A DNA stretch of 64,000 nucleotides from Emiliania huxleyi CCMP1516. Taxonomy: Eukaryota. The notes below the pieces were generated by a model. That model had not been told where the DNA came from, searched no databases, and saw only the letters and a list, made by a program, of their open reading frames with translations. A program made the translations under genes and the position numbers. The stretch spans positions 248,001 through 312,000 of the forward strand of contig NW_005201202.1 of NCBI RefSeq assembly GCF_000372725.1. The letters are read 5' to 3'. Positions 22,945 through 34,293 of this stretch are shown here, piece by piece (positions within the stretch are counted from its first letter, which is position 1; the number at the start of each line of letters is the position of its first letter).

Positions 22945-24949
22945 ATGGCCCGCACGGCATGGCCGCGCAGGCGACATGGCACTGTCGCGGTGCTGACGCT
23001 GTTCGCTTCGGCAGTGCATGCCGTACTCCTTCCAGAGTTCAGGAACGGGCACTTTGAGTGCCCAGCTGGCAGTTTCCCCAAAGGCGTTGTCATTGACCTG
23101 GGCCGCTCAACCATCACTGTCAACAACCTCGGCGGCTATCTGGGCAACACCGACACGGAGACGGTGGAATGCATGGTGGGTACGGATGGTGTTACCAACG
23201 CTGTTGAGGACTACTGCCCCTGCGGCTGCGGCTGCAAGTGCCTCAACACTGCTCTTCGCGAGCAGCCGCAAGAGATGCGATTTGCGGGTGCTGCCAGGGC
23301 ATACGATGGGACGAGCAACGAGCCTTACGAAGAATTTGACTTGGTGGTCACGAACACGACGGAATACAAGCCGTGGAGTTCCGCGCAGAACGGGCTGTTT
23401 TCGGGAGGGGACAGCCGAGAGGCCCAGTTTGGCAGTATCAGCCAGGCTCAGGACACCACCACCACCTTCCTGTTTACATTCCTGTATCCCGGGACACAAA
23501 GGTCGCACACCTTCGGTGCTGGTGCTCCCCCCCCCCCCCCGCCCGCCCGCCCCGGGCCTTTCCTTAGACGAGCCCAGGTCGACCCCCTCCCCGCTCTCGC
23601 CTCAGAGTTCGAGGCGTGTGCGCTCGACTTCGACACGGGACCAGTGGGCGGGGGAGGGTTTGTCGCACCGGAAACAGTCATGACCGAATCACTCACCAAC
23701 TGGTGAAGAATTCCTAGAAGACTCTGCCGACTCTGAGATATGCTCACCCGACGCGCTTGCAATGCCTCTCACCCATCACTCCTCAAAATACCTTCCCTAA
23801 CCGCACACCCCCACCCACCCCCAACCCCACAGCGACTCCTACGCGTGGTTCACCCACAGTAAGTTGCCGGACAACTCGCCGCTCAAGCCGTACCTCTGCG
23901 AGAACATCGAGTACGAAGGAACGCTCAAAGTCACAGAGGCTCTCTCCCTCAATGGAGCCGACGGCTGCGTGAGGATAGACGGGCTGAAGGAGGGGCTTGG
24001 TGGTGACAACCCGGTCTCGTGGACCGACGTGCTCATGAACTGGGATGGAGGCCCGACCTGCGAAGACTACGACACGTGTCCCGCCGGGGGAACATCGGGC
24101 GTGCAAGGGAGGCGGAAGCCCGGAACGACCGAAGACTTCATTACGTGTAGTGAGGGCGAGTACTACCCCGCGGCTGGCGTGTACGATGCAGCCGAGCCCA
24201 CCTACCCGTACCGCTACACCGTCCCAAAGATGGTCTGCTTCCACTACCCCGCCGGCATCGACCACTTTGAGATGACCTACGCTGTGGGCCCGGCTGGTCC
24301 GAACCATAATGGCAAGTACGGGCGCAATTATCAGTTCGGTGACAGCGGCGCCCCGGACGAGTGCGTGGTGCCGCCGCCCCCCTCCCCGCCCCCCGCCCCG
24401 CCCCCTCCTGCTGGTACACCGTCGCCGCCACCATCGCCGTCACCGCCGCCACCATCGCCGTCACCGCCGCCGCCGTCACCGTCGCCCCCCCCTACGGGTA
24501 CACCAAAGCCGCCCCCACCGCCGCCGCCCCCACCGCCGCCACCGTCGCCACCGCTGCCATGCGTCATCCCTCCCCCGCCGCCGCTCGTTTCAATGGGCAG
24601 CCTTGCGGAGGCTTGCCAGTATCTGCTTAACCAAGCGGCCTACTTGGTCGGCTCTGCGCCTCTCGGTGAGAAGATCAAGGCGCTGTCCACTCCTTTGCCG
24701 GAGCGCCGCATGCAAGAGTCGGCGCGACATGGCCAATTCCATGGCTTGCATCCCGATGAATACCACAACCTTATCCCGGCGTCCGATTACTTCAAGGATG
24801 ACACCGCGTCGGGTGATTGTGTCCCACCACCGCCACCGCCGTCGCTCAGCTACCTACCAGAGTGGTGCCAGAAGCTACTGAACAAGGCGGCTTATGTGAC
24901 AGGCACGGCTAGCCTCGGAGACAAGATTCGAGCCCTGGGGCTCGAGTGA
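22945..24949 (+). CDS. secreted cysteine-containing, polyproline (extensin-like) protein, about 3 exons
   Basis: Signal peptide (TVAVLTLFASAVHA), NNLGG..DLVVT..EY.P..NG..FG region, SPPPP runs and two C-terminal repeats L.E.CQ.LLN.AAY..G.A.LG.KI.AL. Introns at about 23521-23606 and 23702-23860. Confidence 0.65.
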
Positions 24950-25098
24950 CGTCTCATCGGGAGAGCATCCATGCCTTCGGCCGACCTCAGCACTGCTGCG
25001 CTGCGAGGTCGCCGTGGTGAGCCTTACATGTACATGTAGGCTATCCGCGTCTGCGCGCTGACCACCGTGGTCCGTTTGTTACTCGCTGCTACACGAGC

Positions 25099-25100
<2 letters not shown>

Positions 25101-25152
<52 letters not shown>
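25101..25152. repeat. (CT)n microsatellite
   Basis: Visible. Confidence 0.98.
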
Positions 25153-25175
<23 letters not shown>

Positions 25176-25460
25176 GGTAAAACGTATAATAGCGGGAAGA
25201 CATCGCACGCAACAGGGGTCCCAGGGAAGGCGAGCCAAAACCCCATCTCGCGGTATCGCGCGCGCTTTTAAACTACGAGACGCCGACTCGCCCCCCCTTG
25301 CCCCACCACCTCGTGTGTGTGTAGCAAGTACCTTACCTTCTCTGGTAGGACGGGAACGAGATGATAGTTGGGAGTAGAAGAAAGCAAAGAGGAGCCCCCT
25401 GCGCACGCACGACTCCGCAGGAGAAGCCCCTCCCCAGACAAAACACAAAAGGGAGAGGTG

Positions 25461-26339
25461 GAGCGGCCGCACACTGCTCGGTGCTACCCCCCCTGCACAT
25501 CTAAAGTCATGGCCGACTCCCCCCCCAGCAGCAGAGCTCTGGTGCTGGGGGGGTCGGGACCCCCCCCTAGCAGCAGAGCTCTGGTGCTGGGGGGGTCGGG
25601 ACCCCCCCCTAGCAGCAGAGCTCTGGTGCTGGGGGGGTCGGGACCTCCCCCCCAGCAGCAGAGCTCTGGTGCTGGGGGGTGCTGGCAAGTGGCAGCTCTG
25701 TACGGCTTTACAGACAGCTGGAGCGAATTTTTTTCGCCGGCTTGCGCCGCCCAGTCGTCGGCAAGGTGCTGCATATGGAATGGCTTGAGGGCGAGCTGCA
25801 TGGCTTCCACCACGTCGCTGCCCGCCATTGCGGCGACGCGTCGCGGCGGACCTGACAGTTTTGCCGGGCGACGGGGGCGTGCGCGCGCGCGTGCGCGTTT
25901 TCGAAAAAAGAAAGGGCAGCCGCACCTTGATGACTTCAGTCGATCGATTTCGACGAGCGAGCGATCCGAGGATCGAGCGGGGGACCGATAGGCTAGGGAG
26001 ATCGATCAACGTCAGCCGAGACGCCCGAGTGAGTGGCTCACTATACGGCTTTTAGTGTGGTAGTACATAAGTACAAGATAGACTCACATGGTCACAAGTC
26101 TTTAGTAAAACGCCAGCACTCGACACGACGAAGGTGTATTGGGCTCGAAGGCGCGGTGAACACAACCGCCTCGAGCGTACCGCTCAAACACGAGCCGAGG
26201 GTGGAGGGGGGGGCGGCGGCGAAGAGGCGGGAGCGCTGGGTCCAATGCCTTCTGCTGCTGGGGGGGTCGGGACCCCCCCCCCAGCAGCAGGGATGACTTT
26301 AGATGTGCAGGGGGGGTACCGAGCAGTGTGCGGCCGCTC
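25461..26339. mobile_element. non-autonomous TIR element with subterminal ~40-bp tandem repeats
   Basis: GAGCGGCCGCACACTGCTCGGT..CCCCCCCTGCACATCTAAAGTCAT (25461-25510) is inverted at 26293-26339. AGCAGAGCTCTGGTGCTGGGGGGGTCGGGACCCCCC occurs 3-4 times at 25529-25680, with a related unit at ~26250-26290. Confidence 0.7.
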
Positions 26340-26772
26340 GTGGGTGGGTCACAGAAAACTGCGGCCGCCACCGCGACAGGCTTGCTGGCGGACGGCGAGA
26401 GGAACACTTACGAGCCACTATTTGGGCGCCTATTCGGCGCCCAAAGTGCCAATACTGGAGATCTGAGGTCGAATCTGCTGATTCTACAGCCGCCTGCAGG
26501 AGCGCCGCCTCAACACGGGGTCTCGGCTCTGTCGAGCCATGCTAGCTCCAGCCGCAGCCCCACCCGGCCGCCCGAGGGTGTTCCCGCAGGCAGAGAAGAC
26601 TAATCCTGGGGGAAGCAACCTTCTCTGGTAGGGCGGGAACGAGAGGAAAGAAGGGAGTAGAAGAAAGCAAAGAGGAGCCCTGCGCACGCACGACTCCGCA
26701 GGAGAAGCCCCTCCCGCCCGTGCTTGCGCAGCGCAGCCTCCTCCTCCTTACCTACGCACGCACTTTAGCGGG

Positions 26773-26990
26773 TTCACAGCCTTGGTATTGAGAAGAAAAT
26801 ACGTCCTATGGCGCTGTGTTCACAGCCTTGTTATTGAGAAGAAAATACGGTTTGTTGTCCTATGGCGCTGTGCGCTGGTCGGTGAGAGGTTGAGGTGCGA
26901 GCCCTGGAGGCCCTGGGCGCCTGGGGATGGGGGGAGACTACCCGCGTGCCTAGAAGGCCCGCGCGCAGGGGGGTGGGACATTGAGATTGA
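26773..26990 (-). mobile_element. second copy of the dispersed element end seen at ~382-531, with a duplicated 46-bp terminal unit
   Basis: Reverse complement matches ~382-531, and both copies encode LNVPPPCARAF*. TTCACAGCCTTG(G/T)TATTGAGAAGAAAATACG occurs at 26773 and 26819. Confidence 0.7.
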
Positions 26991-28268
26991 ACATTCTGTT
27001 CAGCGTGTGGACCACTTGTCCGATGTCCAGCGTCGGCGCGTAGCTCGGGTCGTACAAGTACTCACCGGTCTCAGCGGCATTGCCATGGTAGGCCAGGCCC
27101 ACCTTATACCGCAGCGCAGCGCGAGCCTGCATGTGCTCGCGCAACCCACCTTGGAAGGCAACTCGCCGCGAGGCCAGCCCTCCTCCAGGAGGACCTGCTT
27201 GCGGCGCGCTGCCGACGAGGGGTTGAGGAGGTCGTAGTCGCCAAGGTCTTCTGCCTCCCAGGGCGGAAGGCCCGGGCGCGCGGGCCCGCCCAAGACGGCT
27301 GGGCGAGGGAGCGCGCGGCGGAGCAGCGAGCTGAGGAGGTTGTACTCTCTGCTCGCAGGGTCGAACTCACGAGTGCCGATAGACCGCTGCCAGGCTCCAA
27401 AAACGTCTAGCGCCTGGTGGTCGTCGTGCGAGTACCGATAGTGGGGCGGGAAGTGCGCGTCGAACCGCGCAGCAACCTGTGGAACTCGATTTTTTGATTC
27501 CTTCTTTGCTGCTCTCCTGGATCTTTTGGAGGTCGGTGCGGCGGAGGTGGAGGTGGCGGAGGCTCGGCGAGCACGGCTGGGAGCGGCAGAGGGTTCAGGA
27601 TCCGGGCAAGCGCGGATCTTAGAAGAGGGGTGGCTTTGGTTGAAGTCACGATCGGGACGGATGACACGTCTGATGCAGACATGCGGTCACCCTCGATTCC
27701 TGTTTGTTGAATGTTGAAGCCCTCTTCGATGCAGTCGCAGGAGTGATAACCCATCGAGGTGGGAGCCGCCTGCGGCATACTGAATCCTCCACCAGTGGCG
27801 CAAGCCCGCTCGTCCCACGCTCGAGCGACTCGTCCACCTTCCCAGCCACACCCTGCACAGCAGCATGGCCATCCTCCTCCTCCTCCTCCTCACTGTAGTT
27901 GTCCCACCCATCGTCGGAATCGTCGCCACGGCGCTCGAAGCGGCAGCAGAGCTCCTCTTCCTCTGCTTCCTCTGCTAGCAGCTGCGCCAGCACTGCCTCC
28001 CACTCAGGGTCGGCAGCAGAGCCAGCATCGCTTTGAGCAGAGCAGTGCATTGCCACGTCCTCGTCGCAGAGCTCCACCGCGGCGAGAGACGTGGCGATCG
28101 ACGTGCCAGTGGCGCGGCTGGCATCGCCAGCAGCGAGGCCGCCAGCATCGCCGCCGCGCACCGCGGCGTGGGGCGCAGCAGCGTGCCGTTCGTGTTACGA
28201 CAGTCGAGGAAGGGATCGACAGCAACGATTCAGCTGTGTGTTCACAGTCATGCCCCCCCCACCCCCCG

Positions 28269-30227
28269 ATGCATTATGTGTCGGCCACCGCGTCGACCGA
28301 CGTCTTCCACACACCCCAGCCGTGGATGCGCCACTACTTGACAGTGCTCATGCTGCTCGGGAGCGGCGAGACCGCGCTGCAGCCTGGCCTGCGCAGCTTT
28401 CTCGAGAAGCGCGTCAGCGCGGCACTGGCTGGCGGGAGTGGCGGAAGAAGGCTCGAGCGAGGCCAGGCAGTGCACCCTGCCGCGCCCGGGCTGGTGAATG
28501 GCTTGGTGGCGGCTTCGCCGAGTAGCGGCGACGCCTGCGCCGCGTGGGTCCACCGCACGGCGATGCAGGCAGTGGCGGCGCTCGAGAACGAGCCGTCGCT
28601 CGGCGAGGCAACCGTGGCAGGCTCGCTCGGCCTGCTCGACCTCGCAGGGGCGCAGGCGGACCGGCGAGCGGCGGCGCTGCGCATGTACAATGTGATCAAC
28701 GGCCACCACCTCGACATGCGCCGCGCGGCGGCGGCGGCGGAGGGAGAGGACTCGGACGGCGTGTCGGCCGAGGCGGAGGAGCGAGGCGGCGGCGGCGGCG
28801 ACGGCGACGGCGGCGGCGCAGAGGCGTGGGGGAGTGAGGAGCGGCTGCGTGGGTACGCGGCGGCGGCGACGCAGATTGGGACGCGCGACTGGGTGCGCGC
28901 CGGCATCGACTGGAGCGTGCGGCAGGCGGACGCCTTCTACTGCGAGATACAATCTCCGAGAGACAATCTCCGAGAGACAATCTCCGAGAGACAATCTCCG
29001 AGAGACAATCTCCCCTTGCAGGCGGACGCCTTCTACCGCGAGGGCGAGGGTTGCAGGCTCACCAAGCGCGAGGCGGTGCGCGAGTCATACCGCAGAAGCG
29101 GCGGGCCACCGACCGACGAGGTCCGCGCGATGCTGCTCCGGCTGGCGAGGGAGGGAGGGGGGCGCGAGGCGGGCGAGCCGATCAAGCTGCTCGACGTTGG
29201 GTCCTGCGGCACACTCTTCGACGAGCGGTACGAGGGCGTGCGGGCGACGGCGCTCGACCTGTGCCCTCAGGAGGGCACACAGAGACGTGGAGAGAGTTCG
29301 CTTAGAGCTCGCTTCCTGCTGCCCCGCCGGACTGGAGACCGAACCGGCCCGCACACGCACAGCGGAGAGAGGGGGCTGCGCCTGGCCACTCGCCTTGTGA
29401 GGTGGTGCAGCTGGCTGCCTGCAGGAGGGCAACCGTGCCGTGCTGCAGTGCGACTTTCTGCAGCTGCGCGTCTCGCCGGCCGGGTCGGAGCCCGAGGTAG
29501 AGCCGCACGACCGCTTCCCCGCCGGCGCGCTGCGCTCGCTCGCGGAGGGCTCCTTCGACGCTGTCGTCCTCTCGCTCGTCCTCTCCTACCTCCCGCTCCC
29601 CCACCAGCGAGGCGAGATGGTGCTCAAGGCGCGCCAGCTGCTGCCCTCGCCCGACCCGCCCGAGGTGCACCTCGCCGCCGCCGCCGCCGCTGCCGCCGCC
29701 GTCACTGCCGAGGCTGGCGGCGGCGAGGCGGCGGCGGGGGGCGGAGGCGCGTGCAGCGCGATCGCCTCGCCGCCCGAGGACGTGCCGCCTGTGAAGTGGC
29801 GGCGAGGGCAGGAGGCTGCGCGGCGGGCCGGACCGCAGGGCATCTGTCCGGGACGTCCGGGACATGTCGCGGTAGGCGAGGTCTCCTCTTGCTCGTCGAC
29901 ACGTATTCGGTCGACGGCCGCGCAAAGTCGTGGCGCGCAAGAGGAGACGGGGCGCCGCGTGGGCGTGACACGATTGCGCTTCAGCGCGCGGCGTGTGTCC
30001 GCTGCAGGCGCGAGCAAGAGTACCTCACGCAATGGGCTGCGGCGATCGAGGCGGCCGGGTTTGTGTTTCTGCGGCACGTCACGCTGCCGCGCTCACACGC
30101 GCTCGCGTTTGCGACGACGAGCGGCGGCGGCGGAGGCGGCGAGGAGCCGCCCGAGCTGCACATGAAGCGCGAGCAGCGCGAGCAGGGATGGGAGTTGAGC
30201 AGCGCTGATGGGGGTGATGGCGTTTGA
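28269..30227 (+). CDS. SAM-binding class I methyltransferase of the SAMTOR (C7orf60)/BMT2 family, multi-exon
   Basis: IKLLDVGSC, ALDLCP..VLQCDFLQL, SFDAVVLSLVLSYLP.P.QR, GLLLLVD and WAAAIEAAGF..HALAF follow the motif order of metazoan SAMTOR. Start codon uncertain. Confidence 0.8.
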   Translation: MHYVSATASTDVFHTPQPWMRHYLTVLMLLGSGETALQPGLRSFLEKRVSAALAGGSGGRRLERGQAVHPAAPGLVNGLVAASPSSGDACAAWVHRTAMQAVAALENEPSLGEATVAGSLGLLDLAGAQADRRAAALRMYNVINGHHLDMRRAAAAAEGEDSDGVSAEAEERGGGGGDGDGGGAEAWGSEERLRGYAAAATQIGTRDWVRAGIDWSVRQADAFYCEIQSPRDNLRETISERQSPRDNLPLQADAFYREGEGCRLTKREAVRESYRRSGGPPTDEVRAMLLRLAREGGGREAGEPIKLLDVGSCGTLFDERYEGVRATALDLCPQEGTQRRGESSLRARFLLPRRTGDRTGPHTHSGERGLRLATRLVRWCSWLPAGGQPCRAAVRLSAAARLAGRVGARGRAARPLPRRRAALARGGLLRRCRPLARPLLPPAPPPARRDGAQGAPAAALARPARGAPRRRRRRCRRRHCRGWRRRGGGGGRRRVQRDRLAARGRAACEVAARAGGCAAGRTAGHLSGTSGTCRGRRGLLLLVDTYSVDGRAKSWRARGDGAPRGRDTIALQRAACVRCRREQEYLTQWAAAIEAAGFVFLRHVTLPRSHALAFATTSGGGGGGEEPPELHMKREQREQGWELSSADGGDGV

Positions 30228-30737
30228 GACGGGCTAGCCACGCCATCTTGGTTTTTTCTCTTTTCTCTACACGACGAGAGCTACAGACACAGTCGCTCGA
30301 CGTCGCGTCTTCGCAGGGATCTCTCCAGGGATCGGGGCGCCGCTGAAAGGTCTTCGGGAGCATGCACACCCACACGGGACGCCCTCGCTCTGGGCCATAG
30401 GGCGGACAGGGCGGCAGCCTCGAGCTTCGCTTGAGCTCGCGTGTACGTGTGTATGTCCACCCTCCTTCCCTGCGCCGTGAAAACCCACACTGACCTGCTC
30501 TCAGACTGACACCTGGCTAGCCGACAGCCCCCTGCGACGGCCTGAGGTGGTGAGGCTGGGCTGCGACCCGAGGCCGAGCGGCGTCGAGCGTGGAGCGACG
30601 TCGAGTGTCCACGCGACTGGGGAGAAAGCCTGCGGGGAGCCGGCTCTGTGTACGACTATCCGTTGTTTATGCTTACGTGCACAATCTTGTGCGAGTGCAC
30701 GGCTGCAGCGTGAGCCGTGCACGTGGGCTTAGCACGA

Positions 30738-31409
30738 CTACGGCATTGACATCGCACCTGGTGCCGGATTCTTGGCACCCGTGCCCTTCGATAGCATCTT
30801 GACCAGCGTCCTTGTCTCAGCCATGGACTGCTGAGTCTTTTTGACCGCAGGAATCACGCTTTCCGGCGTGCCGGCCGCAGGAAGCGTCGCCGCCTCTTTG
30901 ACTGCGGTCGTCAGCGAGGTGGGTTTGGTTTCGCCGGTAACCGCGGAGGTCTTCATAGGCGAAAAGGACGCCCATGTCTTCTTCAGCTTGTCCAGCAAAA
31001 CCGCAAGTCGGCTGTGCGTCTGTCTCTGCGCCTGGTCTCTTGCCAGTGGGTCGGGGCTCTTCGTCGCCAGCTTCACGTAGCGCTCTGTTGCGATCATAGT
31101 CTTGTTGAGCCCCGCAGCCAGTTTTTCCGCGTCCCCCAGCATCTGCGCGAGCCTGGTTGTGTTGAATGGTGCGAGCACGAGCTTAGCATCCGTAATGATC
31201 CTTGGCAGCTTGCCAGCCCCGTCCCGCTCGGGCTTCTCCGGTGCAGCCGGCTTCGCCTCAGGGTTGACAGGGACAGCCTGAACTGTCGTGAGGGCGAAAA
31301 GCAACGCCAACACCGCCCGGCTGGTGGACGGAATGGACAGATGGAGCGGTGAACGCACTGTCCGACCGCGACTGGGACCAACTGCTAGACCAGAATGGGT
31401 TGCCATCAT
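30738..31409 (-). CDS. hypothetical secreted helical protein
   Basis: 223-aa ORF with hydrophobic segment AVLALLFALTTVQA; no recognised domain. Confidence 0.45.
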   Translation of the reverse strand: MMATHSGLAVGPSRGRTVRSPLHLSIPSTSRAVLALLFALTTVQAVPVNPEAKPAAPEKPERDGAGKLPRIITDAKLVLAPFNTTRLAQMLGDAEKLAAGLNKTMIATERYVKLATKSPDPLARDQAQRQTHSRLAVLLDKLKKTWASFSPMKTSAVTGETKPTSLTTAVKEAATLPAAGTPESVIPAVKKTQQSMAETRTLVKMLSKGTGAKNPAPGAMSMP

Positions 31410-32106
31410 TACCTATTGACCGACCGCCGTGTCGGCTCAGCTCTTTGAGTCTCAACTTTTACGTAGTTTACCTACTCGAGTGCAGCGCAACGTGGTCAAC
31501 TGTTCAACACAACGACACAGGTAGACCCTCCAACCACCAGAAAACTCCAACCTGATCGGTCGTACTGACCGCCGACAGATCACTCCAGACAGCAGACAGG
31601 CCGACGTCTGCACGCGGCCGGCCGGGCGAGAGGCTTGACACGATCCGACCCTGCGACCCTGACGCTGCTGCTCTAGCTATCAGAGATAAACTGCTGACTG
31701 CTGCCACAATGTGCGACCTGTGCTGGCCCACTTGGCGGCCTTCCCGGTCAGTGGTGAGGCGCAGTTCAGAGCTGTCGATGGCGCGATGCCGCACTGGTCC
31801 CACATTGGTGACACGAGACCACCACCTTTGCCGGTCCAAGAGAGAGACCCTGGCGCTGTCCTGAGAAGGTGCATGGTCCCTCTTGACTGCCCATGCGCGC
31901 GAGGCTGTGTAGGCATACAAAATCGCGCAAAAAAAGAAAAAAAAATCAGGAAAATCGGCGCCTGCGGCGGGCTGGGGGACCCCATCTCCCCCCCGCATGG
32001 ACACCCTTTAGGCCCCCCGCCTCCCCCCAGAGACGCAAGCGTCACCGAACCGCGAACGCAGCCGCGGACGGAGTCCGGATCCTCTTGCGTCTTGCTCTTG
32101 AGGGGT

Positions 32107-32154
32107 CCCGTACCACGCGGAATCGACCCTATCCAGTGCTCAAGTGCTCAAGTG
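32107..32154 (+). repeat. dispersed ~48-bp repeat (second copy 44396-44443)
   Basis: CCCGTACCA(C/T)GCGGAATCGACCCTATCCAGTGCTCAAGTGCTCAAGTG at both sites. Confidence 0.85.
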
Positions 32155-33829
32155 TGCTCATCCTCATGGTCATGCCCCCGGGGGGGCGAGCGCTGGGCAT
32201 CGTCCATTGAGCATTGTCCATATACAACATATATCGACCCCATCGACGCCATCGACGATCGAGCTCTTCGTTTCGGGCCTTTCCTTTTTTTCCAGGGACC
32301 ACGCAGAATCCAGAAAGGTCCCCACCAACAGCCCCCTCCTCTTCCCCAACACACACAAAAACTCTCCACACCGCGCGGCTAAAGTAGTCCTGACCTCGCG
32401 CGTGGCTAGTCCTCGCTACGCGGTGGTTGGCGTACAGATCTGGTCGCCACCGCCGGCTGGCACAAAGTCACGCTCTCGGCCGCTGTCTGCCCGGCCGCGG
32501 CCGCCACGGCCCGCCCGCCCGCTCTTGGGAAGTGCACAGGCAGTTCAAGCCTCGTGCATGTCGTCGACGGATCAGGCAATTTGAGCTTCGTGCACTCGAC
32601 CCACGAGGCCGGCGAGCCCGTCTCTTGGACGCTGGGGGTCGGTCATTGAAGGGCTAGAGCTCGCTGTCGGAGGCGGCGGCGGCCTGCCTCCCATGCTGGT
32701 CGGCGGTGCGCGCGTGATTGTTCCGATGGCACGCGGTTATGGCTCGCAGACGGCGGGCCCTCCAGGGCCCAAGGAGGCGCAGTAGGACCGGCTCTAGGCG
32801 ACAGACGTGCGCGATAGGGGGCCGGTGCGCGTGGCGGCCGCCGGCGCTGCCGTCTCTTGCTGCTGCTTCTCTGCGCGGGAGCGGCACTCGTCGAGCAGCG
32901 TGCCGGCGGCGAGGATCTCGCTTGCGATGCTGCTGACGTCCGCGTGCGCATCGACAAAGAATGTGGCCTATAGAGCTCACTCGCCCCGCGTTTGCATCGA
33001 GGCGGCAACGCCGGCTTATGCGAGCGGACATCGGAGAGCGCACCAGCCGTGCCGTCGTCTCGGCCGCCTGGAGGGAAGCTGAGACAAGCTCGGCGCGCGC
33101 GGCCCGTTCGGCTGCGGACGGGCCGGCGGCCTCCTCCAGCCCGAGGCCCTCGGCCGCGAGCGCGTCTGCGAGCGTGCTGAAGGCATACATCGTGTAGACA
33201 AGAAGAAAATTAGGTTTTCAGAATTCTTTTTCCAGGTGGTGACCTGTGTAAGTGCCAGTGCGCGCCAGTCCCGTGCCCAGTGTTGTGCGAGAGAGTGATT
33301 GTAAAATTCTTTTTCTTCGGGGGGGCACTGGCACTAACACAGGTACGCCGAAAAGAATTTTCGCGGCCGCTTGTCGCCGCTCGCCCATGTTGCGCCCACA
33401 CCCGAAAGAAAGAGAGGGGAGCTCGCGGGAGAGGTGACGAGACGAGTGAACTACAGGTAGTGGGGAAGGCAGCCTCGATGCCATACAGACATGGGTGCGA
33501 AACAACGACAAGACCAAGGCACCACACGGGCAGAGGAACGAGAGAAGAATATAGGGTGGATAAAGCGCCTGTTCACGGCATGGAGGGTGAGCCACGCCGA
33601 ACGCAAGGAAGCCGGGGAAGACGACCCCGAGGAGGACGAAACACCTGTGGTAATTCCGTCGTCAGCTGTCACGATGCACCCGAAGGGGACCCCAGCGCCT
33701 GCATCATCCGTGAAGGCACGAGTGTTCGAAGCCGAGAGTGGACCTGAGCAACGATATGACTTGGCGGCAAATGATCGCAGTGGGCGTCAGAAGAGTCGTC
33801 CTTGCGCGAGGAGAGCTCGATAGACTTCG

Positions 33830-34068
33830 TGATGTTGTGCCCTTGTTTGTTTCTCTTGGCACCTTGGAGTGCTGGGGGGGCGACAGGAAGAATGTGGCCC
33901 TGAGTTATGTGTACGCCAACTCCGGGTGTGTGGCAGCCAGCTGGCATTGCTGGCTGTGTGTCTTGTGAGCTTGTTTGTGTCTGTGTGTCGCTCGTGCGTG
34001 TCGTCATCATCTGTCTCGCGTCCACCCATACCGCGTTGGTGTCCAGTCCGAGCCTGGCTGTTCTTCAC
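33830..34068 (+). repeat. ~240-bp unit duplicated locally; uninterrupted (empty-site) copy of 34221-34293 + 35989-36147
   Basis: Near-identical sequence; contains a single GTGGCCCT at 33894-33901. Confidence 0.85.
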
Positions 34069-34293
34069 GTGTAGCAGTAGGCAGCTAGCCTCTGAGGAGG
34101 GCGTCCATAGACACCTCACTAGACCCCACACACGGTCTTGTCCGTGCCTCGCCGGCCGGCGAGATTGCTAGAGGTGGAGCAAGCTGCTCTAGCCTCGCAT
34201 GTTACTCCTGTCGTCTGTTGTGATGTTGTGCCCTTGTTTGTTTCTCTTGGCACCTTGGAGTGCTGGGGGGGGCGACAGGAAGAATGTGGCCCT

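Noticed and set aside
25529..25680. Palindromic ~40-bp repeats as a CRISPR array
   Set aside because: Units are contiguous with no spacers and lie inside a TIR element.
32654..33190. 178-aa minus-strand ORF as a gene
   Set aside because: No recognisable domain and apparent frame inconsistency; cannot be supported.
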